The notes beneath the pieces were generated by a model. It had not been told where the DNA came from and did not search any database. It saw only the letters and a program-made list of their open reading frames with translations. A stretch of DNA of 44,631 bases, from assembly GCA_044352465.1 (NCBI GenBank), contig JBILDU010000010.1:1-44631 (forward strand), read 5' to 3'. Positions 1-8,938 of this stretch are shown piece after piece. Numbering within the stretch: the first letter of the stretch is position 1; every line of letters begins with the position of its first letter. A program made the translations under genes and the position numbers. This stretch comes from Bdellovibrionota bacterium (GTDB taxonomy: Bacteria > Bdellovibrionota_C > UBA2361).

Positions 1-339
1 GACCTATCCGCGCCGGAGCACCTCTACGTCTTCGGTATCGGTATTCCGGTTATGGTGCTGCTGATGGGCGTCAGCATGATTTACCAGCAGATGACGACCC
101 CCTCGACGATGGATGCGTACCAAAAGAAGGTCATGTTGATGATTCCGGTGATATTCACCATCAGCTTCATCATCTTCCCTTTCCCTGCGGGGCTCGTGCT
201 GTACTGGCTCGTGAACAACATTATCTCGATCACCCAACAGGTCTACCTTCGCAGCGATATTGCGGTCAGCCCAGTAAAAGCGACCGCGATCGCCAGCATT
301 GCGATCTTTTGCTTCGGATACGTGTTGACGCTCCTGTAA
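1..339 (+). CDS. yidC: Membrane protein insertase YidC, C-terminal part (truncated by window edge)
   Basis: Frame is open from position 1 (DLSAPE...). Has YidC C-terminal motifs 'QKKVMLMIP' and 'FPAGLVLYWLVNNIISITQQ', and lies immediately upstream of mnmE. Confidence 0.95.
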   Translation, partial: DLSAPEHLYVFGIGIPVMVLLMGVSMIYQQMTTPSTMDAYQKKVMLMIPVIFTISFIIFPFPAGLVLYWLVNNIISITQQVYLRSDIAVSPVKATAIASIAIFCFGYVLTLL

Positions 340-457
340 CTAAATGACCAACGCCGTTAAGAGATCGTTGGGCTACGCCGCACCAGTAGGGTAGTAAAGG
401 TTTACTTTTTCGGGGGAGCTCCCCCTTCGAACGAGCTCCCCACCCACCGGTCGCACC

Positions 458-1840
458 ATGGATACGACATCGACCATCGCCGCTATCGCCACCGCACCAG
501 CGCCGGCAGGCGTTGCCATCGTGCGAATAAGCGGACCTCAGACCGCGGCAGCCCTCCACGCGATATTCCGGGGGATAAGCGATCCGTGCGCCGATCCCCG
601 TCGGCTCATTTTCGGAGAGTGTGTCGATATCCAGACCGGCGAAACTATCGACCGCGGACTGGCGGTCTTCATGAGGGCCCCCCACAGCTACACGGGCGAG
701 GATGTTGCCGAGCTCCAACTCCACGGCAGCCCGCTCATCGCCCAACGGGTGCTGCGTTCCCTCTTCGCCTGGGGAGTCCGTCCGGCGGAGCCGGGGGAAT
801 TCACCAAAAGAGCTTTTCTCAACGGAAAGCTCGACCTCGTCCAGGCCGAGGCGGTCGCTGACGTCATCGCCGCAACAACCGACCGAGCACTGACGGTGGC
901 ACGCGAGCAGCTCAATGGACGGCTGAGCTCGGCGCTTCACGCCATCGGTGAACCGCTACGGCACGCCGTTGCCGAGCTCGAGGCCGGTATCGACTTTAGC
1001 GATGAAGACATCACTCCCGCCGCGCTCTCGACGGTCGGTGAAGTTTTACAGAAAGCGCAAAAGGAGATCGGGCGACTACTGGGAAGCTACGCCTTCGGCC
1101 AGGTCGTCAAAGATGGCTTCAAGGTCCTCCTGTGTGGTCGACCGAACGTCGGCAAGTCGAGCCTCCTGAACCGCCTCGTCGGACACGAACGCGCTATCGT
1201 GACCCCGATATCCGGAACGACCCGCGATCTCATCGAAGAGGAGGTAAACCTCAAAGGGTACCGCTTTGTCGTCTGCGATTCGGCGGGAATCACCGAGTCA
1301 ACAGATACGGTCGAACGGATCGGCATCGAACTCGCCAAAGAGCGGATAACATGGGCCGACCTCGTTCTCTTCGTTATCGACAGCGACGATCGTTCGGAGG
1401 AGTGGCGAGCCGTGCTCGAGCAGCTACGTGGTCGGGCGAAAGCGGTATGGATGATCGTCAATAAGATCGACCTTAACCCCCAGGCATTCGCAACTCATTA
1501 CTGTGACTCAACGGTGTGCGCTCGCAACTTCTACCTGTCAGCCTCAACACAAGCCGGGCTTGATGATCTTTTTGACGCACTCGTCGGCGAAGTCGAATCG
1601 CGCGCCCTCTCCCATGCAGAGACGAGCACGGTCGTCACCAATGAACGTCAACGGGCAGCGCTCGCCGATGCTGCGGCGGCACTTCAACGGGCAGTCGCCG
1701 GTATCACCACCCACCTTCCCGTCGAGATCGTCGTTGCTGAGACCCGCCTCGCCCTGACGGCGATAAAAGAGATCGTGGGCGAAACGTACACCGAGGACAT
1801 CCTTGGGCGGATATTTAGTCGTTTTTGCATCGGCAAGTGA
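458..1840 (+). CDS. mnmE: tRNA modification GTPase MnmE (TrmE)
   Basis: N-terminal 'TIAAIAT', 'SYTGED', 'GEFTKRAFLNGKLDL', P-loop GRPNVGKSS, 'GTTRD', NKID and C-terminal 'FSRFCIGK'. Confidence 0.98.
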   Translation: MDTTSTIAAIATAPAPAGVAIVRISGPQTAAALHAIFRGISDPCADPRRLIFGECVDIQTGETIDRGLAVFMRAPHSYTGEDVAELQLHGSPLIAQRVLRSLFAWGVRPAEPGEFTKRAFLNGKLDLVQAEAVADVIAATTDRALTVAREQLNGRLSSALHAIGEPLRHAVAELEAGIDFSDEDITPAALSTVGEVLQKAQKEIGRLLGSYAFGQVVKDGFKVLLCGRPNVGKSSLLNRLVGHERAIVTPISGTTRDLIEEEVNLKGYRFVVCDSAGITESTDTVERIGIELAKERITWADLVLFVIDSDDRSEEWRAVLEQLRGRAKAVWMIVNKIDLNPQAFATHYCDSTVCARNFYLSASTQAGLDDLFDALVGEVESRALSHAETSTVVTNERQRAALADAAAALQRAVAGITTHLPVEIVVAETRLALTAIKEIVGETYTEDILGRIFSRFCIGK

Positions 1841-1894
1841 CACCTCCCACTGAACGTGCGAGGATGAGAAAATCACTGTGGAGCCACCGCCCCG

Positions 1895-3160
1895 ATGTCG
1901 GATCCCCTTCTCTACCCTAAACTACGTTGGCCGATCGATTTGCGCATCGAGACGATCGGCGACCAAGAGATCCTTTTGGTCTCGTGCCCTCTAGGAATTT
2001 CACCCCAACCTCTCGGGCTTGTCGCCGCCGTTGCACCGATCGTCGCTGAGTTTGAAGGGCGACTTTCCCTCGAGGAGATCACCACCAAATTCAGTCAGTT
2101 TGGTTTACAACAGAGGCTCATCGAGGAGCTCGTCCAGATGCTGGACCAGGGGCTCTTCTTAGAGAGCCCCCGCTTTTTCGAGGCAGAGCGACGCATTCGG
2201 GGCGACTTTGCACAGAGCCCTCTCCGGCCCGCCGCGCTCGCAGGTTTGAGTTATTCCAACGATGCCCAAAGGCTCACTCAAGAGATCGATGCATGGCTTG
2301 GCCACGGCAGTACGCCGCTTGCCCAACCGAGCCGCACGATGCTCGGCCTCGTCTCTCCTCACATCGACTACCGACGCGGGGGGATATGTTACGGCAAAAC
2401 CTACGCTTACCTCCGCCCGGAGCGACACGATCTCTACATCCTCATCGGCACCGCCCACCAGTATAGCCGACACCTCTTTCACCTTACTTCGAAGGATTTT
2501 GCCTCACCGCTCGGGACTATCCCGTGCGATCACGATTTTGTGGAGCGACTCGCCGCGCTCTACGGTACCGAGAGAAGCTTCGCCGACGAGATCCTGCACC
2601 GACGTGAGCATTCACTCGAGCTGCAGGCACCGTTTCTTCGCCGTGTTACTACTCACGGTCACATTGTGCCGATCCTCGTCGGTGGATTTCATCAAATGGT
2701 TTCAGCTCAGCGCGCGCCTCACGAATTCGAGACGTACGAAAGCTTCGTGGGAGCTTTGGTTGAATGTCTGCGCGAGCGTATCGCTCAAGGACAGCGGATC
2801 TGCTTTCTCAGCGGGGTCGACATGGCCCACGTCGGGCGTCACTTTGGCGACTCAAGATCGCTCACTCCCGCGCTCATGGAGGATGTTGCGGAACGCGACC
2901 ATCAGTACCTTGAGTGCATCAAGAACCAAGATCGACGCGCCCTGTTCGAACATATAGCGTTCGACGGGGATGCTCGCCGTATCTGCGGCTTCCCCACCAT
3001 GTATACCGTTATCGATTGCCTCGATAGACTCGGGCTGTCTTACGAGACCGATCTCATCGACTATCGCCAAGCTGTTGATTACACCACCGATTGCGCTGTG
3101 ACCTTCGCCGGAGTCGGGATGTACACCTCGCCGGTCATGCCCGTCCCGGCCCTTATATAA
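1895..3160 (+). CDS. amrB: AmmeMemoRadiSam system protein B (MEMO1-like) with N-terminal extension
   Basis: Motifs PHIDY, GTAH, HRREHSLELQ, DMAHVG and ICG are typical of the Memo family. Confidence 0.85.
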   Translation: MSDPLLYPKLRWPIDLRIETIGDQEILLVSCPLGISPQPLGLVAAVAPIVAEFEGRLSLEEITTKFSQFGLQQRLIEELVQMLDQGLFLESPRFFEAERRIRGDFAQSPLRPAALAGLSYSNDAQRLTQEIDAWLGHGSTPLAQPSRTMLGLVSPHIDYRRGGICYGKTYAYLRPERHDLYILIGTAHQYSRHLFHLTSKDFASPLGTIPCDHDFVERLAALYGTERSFADEILHRREHSLELQAPFLRRVTTHGHIVPILVGGFHQMVSAQRAPHEFETYESFVGALVECLRERIAQGQRICFLSGVDMAHVGRHFGDSRSLTPALMEDVAERDHQYLECIKNQDRRALFEHIAFDGDARRICGFPTMYTVIDCLDRLGLSYETDLIDYRQAVDYTTDCAVTFAGVGMYTSPVMPVPALI

Positions 3161-3283
3161 AGAACAATCAAGTAGTTACGAGTTGTATTTTTCACCTGGA
3201 GCAGATTCTCGCGGGCTCCAGATAGGTGTATAGAAGCTGCGCCGTCGCGGTTTCATAAAAGGCTTTTTTCTAGGTGGTTTGAG

Positions 3284-3607
3284 ATGGAAAATCAGAACAA
3301 AGAGCAAAACTTCTTCGAGAAATTCGGACTCGAGGTCGCGACGGGCGAAGTTGAAATCGGGCAGACCTATCCCATTTACGGGATGATCACGAAGATGATC
3401 GACGAGACCCCGGGTCACGTCACCGTTGAGATAAACTTCTCTATCCGGGCGAGCATGACGATCCCCGACCAAGAGAAGGTAGAGATTTTAAAGCAACGGG
3501 CGTTTGAGCCCGGTATCTTCGTCTCGACGGTTACCTCCAAGGAAAACGGTATCGTGGTGGATTGTTCAACCGTCGTGTTCGGTCGCCGCCAAGAATACTC
3601 GGCTTAA
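3284..3607 (+). CDS. Hypothetical 107-aa protein, beta-rich
   Basis: ATG preceded by AGGTGG, protein-like composition, followed by a strong intrinsic terminator. Confidence 0.75.
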   Translation: MENQNKEQNFFEKFGLEVATGEVEIGQTYPIYGMITKMIDETPGHVTVEINFSIRASMTIPDQEKVEILKQRAFEPGIFVSTVTSKENGIVVDCSTVVFGRRQEYSA

Positions 3608-3642
3608 TCGTTTTAAAAGCACCCCTCTTCGGTCGAAAACTA

Positions 3643-3679
3643 CCCCCGGTGGGCTAAGGGCAGCCCACCGGGGTTTTTT
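3643..3679 (+). terminator. Rho-independent terminator
   Basis: 12-bp stem CCCCGGTGGGCT/AGCCCACCGGGG followed by TTTTTT. Confidence 0.9.
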
Positions 3680-3955
3680 GCGCCGCCCCCCTCGCGCCAT
3701 AACATCTCGGCGCAGTGCTTTGGGCAGATGATTCTATGAGGGCCTCGTAGCCCGCCCTTTAAAAGCTATCACCCGCTGGAACTTTCCTGGGTGGGCGTTT
3801 GCCAGCGCTATCTTTGGCGCTTCCATACGCCATGACAGAGTGTCCTGTAGCATCCTGGATGAATTCAGTTTTTACCCCCCTCCGACAGTGTTCCCATCCA
3901 TCATAGTTGAGGTATGATAGTTCGATTACTATCTGAGCGTTTAGGAGCTTCGGTC

Positions 3956-4615
3956 ATGACTACGAACCTCGAACAGGTGCCGCCAGCGGCGAAAGCGACA
4001 CCGCCAGCACCGAAATCGAACATCGGGGAGATCGTCTCTTTCGTGAAGACGCTCGCGATCTTCCTCCTCGCCGCCCTCGTTTTGCGTGCATCGGTAGTCG
4101 AAGCTTTCAAGATCCCCTCGGGCTCGATGATCCCCACTCTCCGGATCCACGATCACATCTTGGTGAGCAAGCTCTCCTACGGAGTCCGCGTCCCTTTTAT
4201 GGCGAATTCAGCGTACGTCTTTGCGCAGCCCCAACGGGGCGACATCGTCGTCTTCACCCGCCCCGATGAAACCGACACCCCCCTAGAAGACGAGAGCGAC
4301 ATCAACATCATCAAGCGCGTCGTCGGCCTGCCTGGTGATACGGTCGAAGTGCGCGACACGAAGCTCTACATCAACAACCAACCGCTCGAGGAGAGCTACG
4401 CGCGCTGGGAAGAGGGGGGCATTCGCGAAGGTAATTTTGGTCCCGAAAAAATTCCTGCCGGACACATTTTTCTGCTCGGAGACAACCGTGATCACTCCCG
4501 CGATTCACGTTTCTGGCAGGACCCGTTCCTCCCGATCGAGCGGGTGAAAGGTCGCGCGATGATCATTTACTGGTCGTGGGATAATCTCGGTCGAATCGGC
4601 ACTGTTTTGCGCTAA
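3956..4615 (+). CDS. lepB: Signal peptidase I
   Basis: Catalytic Ser box IPSGSMIPTL, Lys box KRVVGLPGD and LGDNRDHSRDSR. AGGAG at 3943 favours the ATG at 3956 over 3914. Confidence 0.95.
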   Translation: MTTNLEQVPPAAKATPPAPKSNIGEIVSFVKTLAIFLLAALVLRASVVEAFKIPSGSMIPTLRIHDHILVSKLSYGVRVPFMANSAYVFAQPQRGDIVVFTRPDETDTPLEDESDINIIKRVVGLPGDTVEVRDTKLYINNQPLEESYARWEEGGIREGNFGPEKIPAGHIFLLGDNRDHSRDSRFWQDPFLPIERVKGRAMIIYWSWDNLGRIGTVLR

Positions 4616-4640
4616 GTCAAATCGTTGCGGACAACGCTCG

Positions 4641-5552
4641 ATGGGGTACTTCTCTCTATCTCCGGTGATCCTCTCGATCGGTGGTCGACACGCGGAGCGT
4701 TACCTTCAAGCTCGGCTTACCAACGATGTACGGCTCTCTTCGCCAACGAAGGCGCTCGCGATCGCAGCGCTCACCCCTCAAGGGAAGACCGAAGCTTTCG
4801 GCCGACTGCTGCGGTCCCCGTCCGGAGGGTTTCTACTTATCATCGACGGAGGAGCTCCTGTCACGATCGCGCAGGCCGTGAGTCGATTTAAGGTAGCTGA
4901 ACAGGTTGAGATAAAGGTAGAGGAAGATCTTGCGGCCCTGCACCTCTTCGGTGCCGACGCGGAATCTATCGTCACAGCTTTTTTAGGGTCAGCCCCGCTG
5001 AGCCCTGAAGACGGGAACACGCTCGCATTGAGCGAAGCTCCCCTCACAGCTCTGACCCGTCGTCGCCGCACCACCAGCCAAGGCCTCGACCTTATCGCCC
5101 CCACGGAGAAGGTGGCGCAGATTCGGGAAAAGCTACAATGCGGGAGCATCCCTCTCCTTTCGCCGGAGGAACAAGAAGCCCTCCGCCTTGAAGCAGGCAT
5201 CCCGGCATTTCCGAACGATCTCAACGAGGCCGTGATCCTTTCAGAGGTGGGGGCTGAGGACGCCATCTCGTTCACGAAGGGGTGCTACACCGGTCAGGAG
5301 GTGATTGCGAAAATAGATGCACTCGGGAAGCCCCCGCGTCGACTTACCCGACTCACCGCATCGGGATCGCACCAGATTCTCAGCGGCACCGCAGTAACCG
5401 CGGCTGGAAAAGTAGTCGGCAAAGTCACCTCCGCCGCATTTCATCGCGGGCTCGGGCAAACATTGCTATTTGCCCTCCTCAAGAATGACGGCGCAGACTA
5501 TCCGGAGGGCCTCAACGTTGGCGACATACCTTGTTCACTCGCTGAGCGTTAA
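4641..5552 (+). CDS. ygfZ: Folate-binding Fe-S maintenance protein YgfZ (GcvT family)
   Basis: Signature ISFTKGCYTGQE and N-terminal 'GRHAERYLQARLTNDV'. Confidence 0.93.
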   Translation: MGYFSLSPVILSIGGRHAERYLQARLTNDVRLSSPTKALAIAALTPQGKTEAFGRLLRSPSGGFLLIIDGGAPVTIAQAVSRFKVAEQVEIKVEEDLAALHLFGADAESIVTAFLGSAPLSPEDGNTLALSEAPLTALTRRRRTTSQGLDLIAPTEKVAQIREKLQCGSIPLLSPEEQEALRLEAGIPAFPNDLNEAVILSEVGAEDAISFTKGCYTGQEVIAKIDALGKPPRRLTRLTASGSHQILSGTAVTAAGKVVGKVTSAAFHRGLGQTLLFALLKNDGADYPEGLNVGDIPCSLAER

Positions 5553-5611
5553 AACCATCACACCTGCTCGAATTACTTGAAAATAGCCGCTACCTATAAG
5601 ATTATTCCTAC

Positions 5612-5817
5612 AACGCATCCGGGCTCAGCGTCCCGGAAAACGCGTGGCGAGGATGGCCGCGCGAGGCCTGAGCGACGCTTTGAAAAGGCCGGTTATCTGC
5701 CTTTTCAAAGCTTGGAGCGTACTCGCCGTAAGGCAGGCTTCAGCCGTGAGACTTCGGCGTGAGCTCAGTCGAACGGAGCCCGTCGGCACACCAGGGGAAT
5801 CGAGCCCCCCGACCTTT
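5612..5817 (+). ncRNA. Candidate structured non-coding RNA (identity unknown)
   Basis: Nested helices: 5620-5626/5776-5782, 5663-5670/5734-5741 and a perfect 13-bp 5677-5689/5699-5711. Also a GCC-GTAA-GGC tetraloop, a possible TTGAAA-N17-GATTAT promoter upstream and a 3' hairpin. Confidence 0.35.
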
Positions 5818-5820
5818 AAA

Positions 5821-5939
5821 CTAGTCCTTCGACCAATAAGTTTTTTCACTCCCGCGGAGTGAAAAACTAACTCAGGACTAGTGGTGAGCATAAATTCTGT
5901 TACCTTGCAGGTGAAAGAATTTAATGGTCGAACCACTAG
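5821..5939. repeat. 119-bp CTAG-bounded dispersed repeat (MITE/REP-like), copy 1
   Basis: Reverse complement of 20994-21112 with 2 mismatches. Imperfect 29-bp terminal inverted repeats (24/29). Two internal hairpins share a central CTAG. Confidence 0.92.
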
Positions 5940-5989
5940 GTGAAAGAAATTATTGAAAGGGGCATGAGTTGTCCCCCGTAAAGGCAGGT

Positions 5990-6691
5990 ATGAGATCACT
6001 CCCCTCGTCGCTTCCCCTTGAGCAATATCAACGCGAGTTCGTTGATTTCCTTCTTGCCTCAGGTGCGTTGACCTTCGGCGACTTTACGACGAAATCTGGG
6101 CGTCGAACTCCCTACTTCATCAATACCGGCCGCTTCGATGACGGCCTTAAGATCGCGCAGCTCGGTCGATTCTACGCGGCTCACATCGCCGCACTTGGCC
6201 TCGGTAAGATCGACCTCGTCTTTGGGCCAGCCTACAAAGGCATTCCTCTCGCGGTGACTACGGCTATCGCTCTCAACGACTCCCACCGAATGAATGTGGG
6301 GTTCTCCTTCGATCGAAAAGAGGTGAAGGACCACGGAGACGGTGGCTTAATCGTAGGACATCCGCTCCGCGATAACGACCGGATCGTTATTGTCGAGGAT
6401 GTTATTACCGCGGGCACGACCGTGCGTCATATCGTCCCCCTGCTACGAAAGATCGCCGCCGTCGATATCGTTGGATTCGTTCTCGCCGTCGATCGGTGTG
6501 AGAAGGGGACAGGCGAGCTCTCTGCCGTCCAAGAAGCTGAACGTGACTCGGCCATCCGCGTCTACCCGATCATCACCATCGATCATATCGTCAGCTACCT
6601 GCGCGATCATCCCGATTCGGAGCGCCGGCTCACCGATGCTCAACTCAGCACGATCGCTGATTACCTTCACCAATACGGAGCCCCCCGATGA
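5990..6691 (+). CDS. pyrE: Orotate phosphoribosyltransferase
   Basis: FGDFTTKSGRRTPYF, FGPAYKGIP, RKEVKDHGDGG and PRPP-binding VIVEDVITAGT. Confidence 0.97.
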   Translation: MRSLPSSLPLEQYQREFVDFLLASGALTFGDFTTKSGRRTPYFINTGRFDDGLKIAQLGRFYAAHIAALGLGKIDLVFGPAYKGIPLAVTTAIALNDSHRMNVGFSFDRKEVKDHGDGGLIVGHPLRDNDRIVIVEDVITAGTTVRHIVPLLRKIAAVDIVGFVLAVDRCEKGTGELSAVQEAERDSAIRVYPIITIDHIVSYLRDHPDSERRLTDAQLSTIADYLHQYGAPR

Positions 6692-7140
6692 GACCCTCTT
6701 ATTTTCTCGCGCTATCCTTGGCCCTCCTGTTGGCGCTGCTGCCGTGCCAAGCCCAGGCGGTAGAGCTCGACCCCGCTCAAGAGCTCGAAGCAGCCGAGAT
6801 ATTTCAAAGCGTCTTGAGCCCGTTTTGCCCCGGCCGACTCCTGCGTGACTGCCCGAGCGGCGCCGCCCAAGAGTTAAAGGATAAGATCCGTGCGATGATC
6901 GTCGAGGGCAAACCCCGCGCGGAGATCGAGAGCTACCTTTTTGCCCTGTATGGCGACACGATCCGCTCAGTACCTCCCCGCCACGGCTTTGGAAACGTCG
7001 CCTGGTGGGGCCCGGCCGTATTCGTCCTCATTGGCCTCGGTATCCTCGGGGTTTGGCTACGCTCGAAGCGAACGACCGAGGAACCTCCAGCTCAAGAGCT
7101 GACCCCGGAGATGAAGGCCCGTCTCGATCGGCATGTGTAG
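6688..7140 (+). CDS. ccmH: Cytochrome c biogenesis CcmH/NrfF-family protein
   Basis: Signal peptide, 'SPFCPG...DCPS..A' motif, 'IRAMIVEG', 'YGDTIRSVPP..GF' and a C-terminal TM helix. Overlaps the pyrE stop (ATGA). Confidence 0.8.
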   Translation: MRPSYFLALSLALLLALLPCQAQAVELDPAQELEAAEIFQSVLSPFCPGRLLRDCPSGAAQELKDKIRAMIVEGKPRAEIESYLFALYGDTIRSVPPRHGFGNVAWWGPAVFVLIGLGILGVWLRSKRTTEEPPAQELTPEMKARLDRHV

Positions 7141-7243
7141 GGACGCAGCATGAGTGGGTTCCCCCACATGCCCTGAAGGGGTGCGGGGACACGGGCCACT
7201 CCGACTGAAGGATGCGCAAAGGTCGGCGATACAAGGCCTCGCC

Positions 7244-7867
7244 TTAAAGCGCGCCCCGATAGACCTCCAGAATTCCTTTGAGACGGCTCATATCCTCAGC
7301 ATCGGTGGAATTAAAATAACCCCGGATAGAACCGCTTTGGTCAACCAAGACAAGGCGAAGACTATGAGTATCGAGCTCCGCTTTGGACTCGGGAAAAGAG
7401 ACTTGGAAGCCCCCCTGCACCACCTGACGGAGTTGATCCTGAGACCCGGTTAAGAAGTGCCACCGTCGGGTGTCCGCATCGAAACGCTCCGCGTATTTCT
7501 TTAAGGCTGCCGGGGTATCGTTCGTCGGATCGACGGAGAACGAGACGAAATGGATCTGGGGCGGGGCCGATTCAAAAAGGGAGTTCATCTTCCCAATGAC
7601 CATCGGACAGACCGACTCACATGAGGTAAAGAAGAAACTAGCGAGCCACACCTTCCCTTGGAGCGTTGTACTCGAAAAAGTTTCCCCGTTTGAATTGATA
7701 AGCTCAAATGCTGGTGCCGACTTAAGTTCACTCGGCGAGGTATGCCGCCCCGCCATCCATATGCCAGCACCGATCACCGCCACCACGACTGCGGCGAGCG
7801 CTGCGAGCGCCAACACGCGCCCTCCACCAACGTTTGGCCTACCTGGATGTGCAGCAAGGGTATCCAT
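7244..7867 (-). CDS. SCO1/SenC copper chaperone
   Basis: N-terminal TM anchor, FFFTSCESVCP (CxxxC), SVDP.NDTP, WHFLTG and conserved His (THS). Confidence 0.93.
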   Translation of the reverse strand: MDTLAAHPGRPNVGGGRVLALAALAAVVVAVIGAGIWMAGRHTSPSELKSAPAFELINSNGETFSSTTLQGKVWLASFFFTSCESVCPMVIGKMNSLFESAPPQIHFVSFSVDPTNDTPAALKKYAERFDADTRRWHFLTGSQDQLRQVVQGGFQVSFPESKAELDTHSLRLVLVDQSGSIRGYFNSTDAEDMSRLKGILEVYRGAL

Positions 7868-7880
7868 CGAGAGATTCTCC

Positions 7881-8750
7881 TTAAAACCCCTTATCGGTGA
7901 CGATAAGAACGAGAAGTATCGGAAGATAGATCACCGAGGCGCGCAGAAGCCGACGGGCATCCGTCACCGAGCGGGTAATCCCGAGATACGCTCCGATAAG
8001 AAGCATTCCCAGTCCCAAGAAAAGGGCGCCCCAGAAATAGATCGGACCGGACATCCCGATGACGGTCGGGAGCAGGGATATCGGGATCAAAAGCGCCGAA
8101 TAAACGATGATCTGACGAAACGTGCTTAATCCATCCGGCTCAACCACCGGCAGCATCTTAAATCCACCCCGTTCGTAATCCTCCCGGTACATCCAGGCGA
8201 TCGCATAAAAATGGGGGTGTTGCCAAAGAAAGAGAATGAGAAAGAGAACCCACGCCCCGTACGAAACCTCATCGGTTGCAGCCGCCCATCCACCGAGCGG
8301 AGGTAACGCCCCCGGGATCGCACCAACGAACGTGTTGAGCCACGTAATCTTCTTTAAAGGTGTATACACCAGAACGTAAAGAAACGCCGTCATGAGGGCG
8401 ATAAAAGCGGTTAAGAGATTGACGGTTACGGCGAGCTGCAACGTACTCACCACTACCAGAGCGATGCCGAAGTAGAGCGCTGCGTTCGGAGAGATAAGCC
8501 CACTTGGAATCGGTCGTCGCCGGGTACGCTTCATCAACAGATCGGCGTCACGCTCCAGATAGTTGTTCAGCGCAGCCGCACCCGCACAACTAACCGCCGT
8601 TCCGACCATCGCCAGGGTAAAATGCCACCAGTCATCGATTCCCTGGCGTCCCAGGAAATATCCGATCGCTGCCGTGATGACGATAAGCGTGACGATACGG
8701 GGCTTCGAAAGCTCCACGTAGGCCCGCACGATTTCCTTGTTTAAACGCAT
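7881..8750 (-). CDS. cyoE: Protoheme IX farnesyltransferase (heme O synthase)
   Basis: LSKPRI, NNYLERDAD..MKRTRRRPIPSG, YTPLKK, GAIPGALPP and WQHPHF. Start could be 8750 (ATG) or 8789 (TTG). Confidence 0.96.
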   Translation of the reverse strand: MRLNKEIVRAYVELSKPRIVTLIVITAAIGYFLGRQGIDDWWHFTLAMVGTAVSCAGAAALNNYLERDADLLMKRTRRRPIPSGLISPNAALYFGIALVVVSTLQLAVTVNLLTAFIALMTAFLYVLVYTPLKKITWLNTFVGAIPGALPPLGGWAAATDEVSYGAWVLFLILFLWQHPHFYAIAWMYREDYERGGFKMLPVVEPDGLSTFRQIIVYSALLIPISLLPTVIGMSGPIYFWGALFLGLGMLLIGAYLGITRSVTDARRLLRASVIYLPILLVLIVTDKGF

Positions 8751-8938
8751 AGAGAACCCAATGATGGCGGGCCCTCCCGGGGTTGTCAATTTAACCCGCC
8801 GCCGTTCTTTTCTCGTTTAATAACAAGCCCTTAGGTCGCAGTACCGCGAACGAGGCCGCGCACGGTTCAGCCCCACGGGGACCGGGGCGGGCGCGGGACT
8901 GGCCCGAACTTGTTCCCCGTTTTCCTAAATGCCAGATT

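Noticed and set aside
413..441. GGGGAGCTC/GAGCTCCCC hairpin before mnmE as a terminator
   Set aside because: No U-tract follows it on the coding strand, so its function cannot be supported.
266..940. Long antisense or alternate-frame ORFs (e.g. 266-940, 2262-2957, 7470-8129, 25848-26546, 27076-27675)
   Set aside because: Shadow ORFs overlapping well-supported genes in GC-rich DNA.
5771..5793. tRNA/tmRNA-like 3' end (…CCCGTCGGCACACCA)
   Set aside because: No T-loop GTTCRA at the right spacing and no matching acceptor-stem 5' strand.
5625..5999. ORFs 5625-5999(-) and 20985-21194(+) sharing the peptide VVRPLNSFTCKV…
   Set aside because: The shared peptide is just the translation of the 119-bp repeat and not evidence of a gene family.
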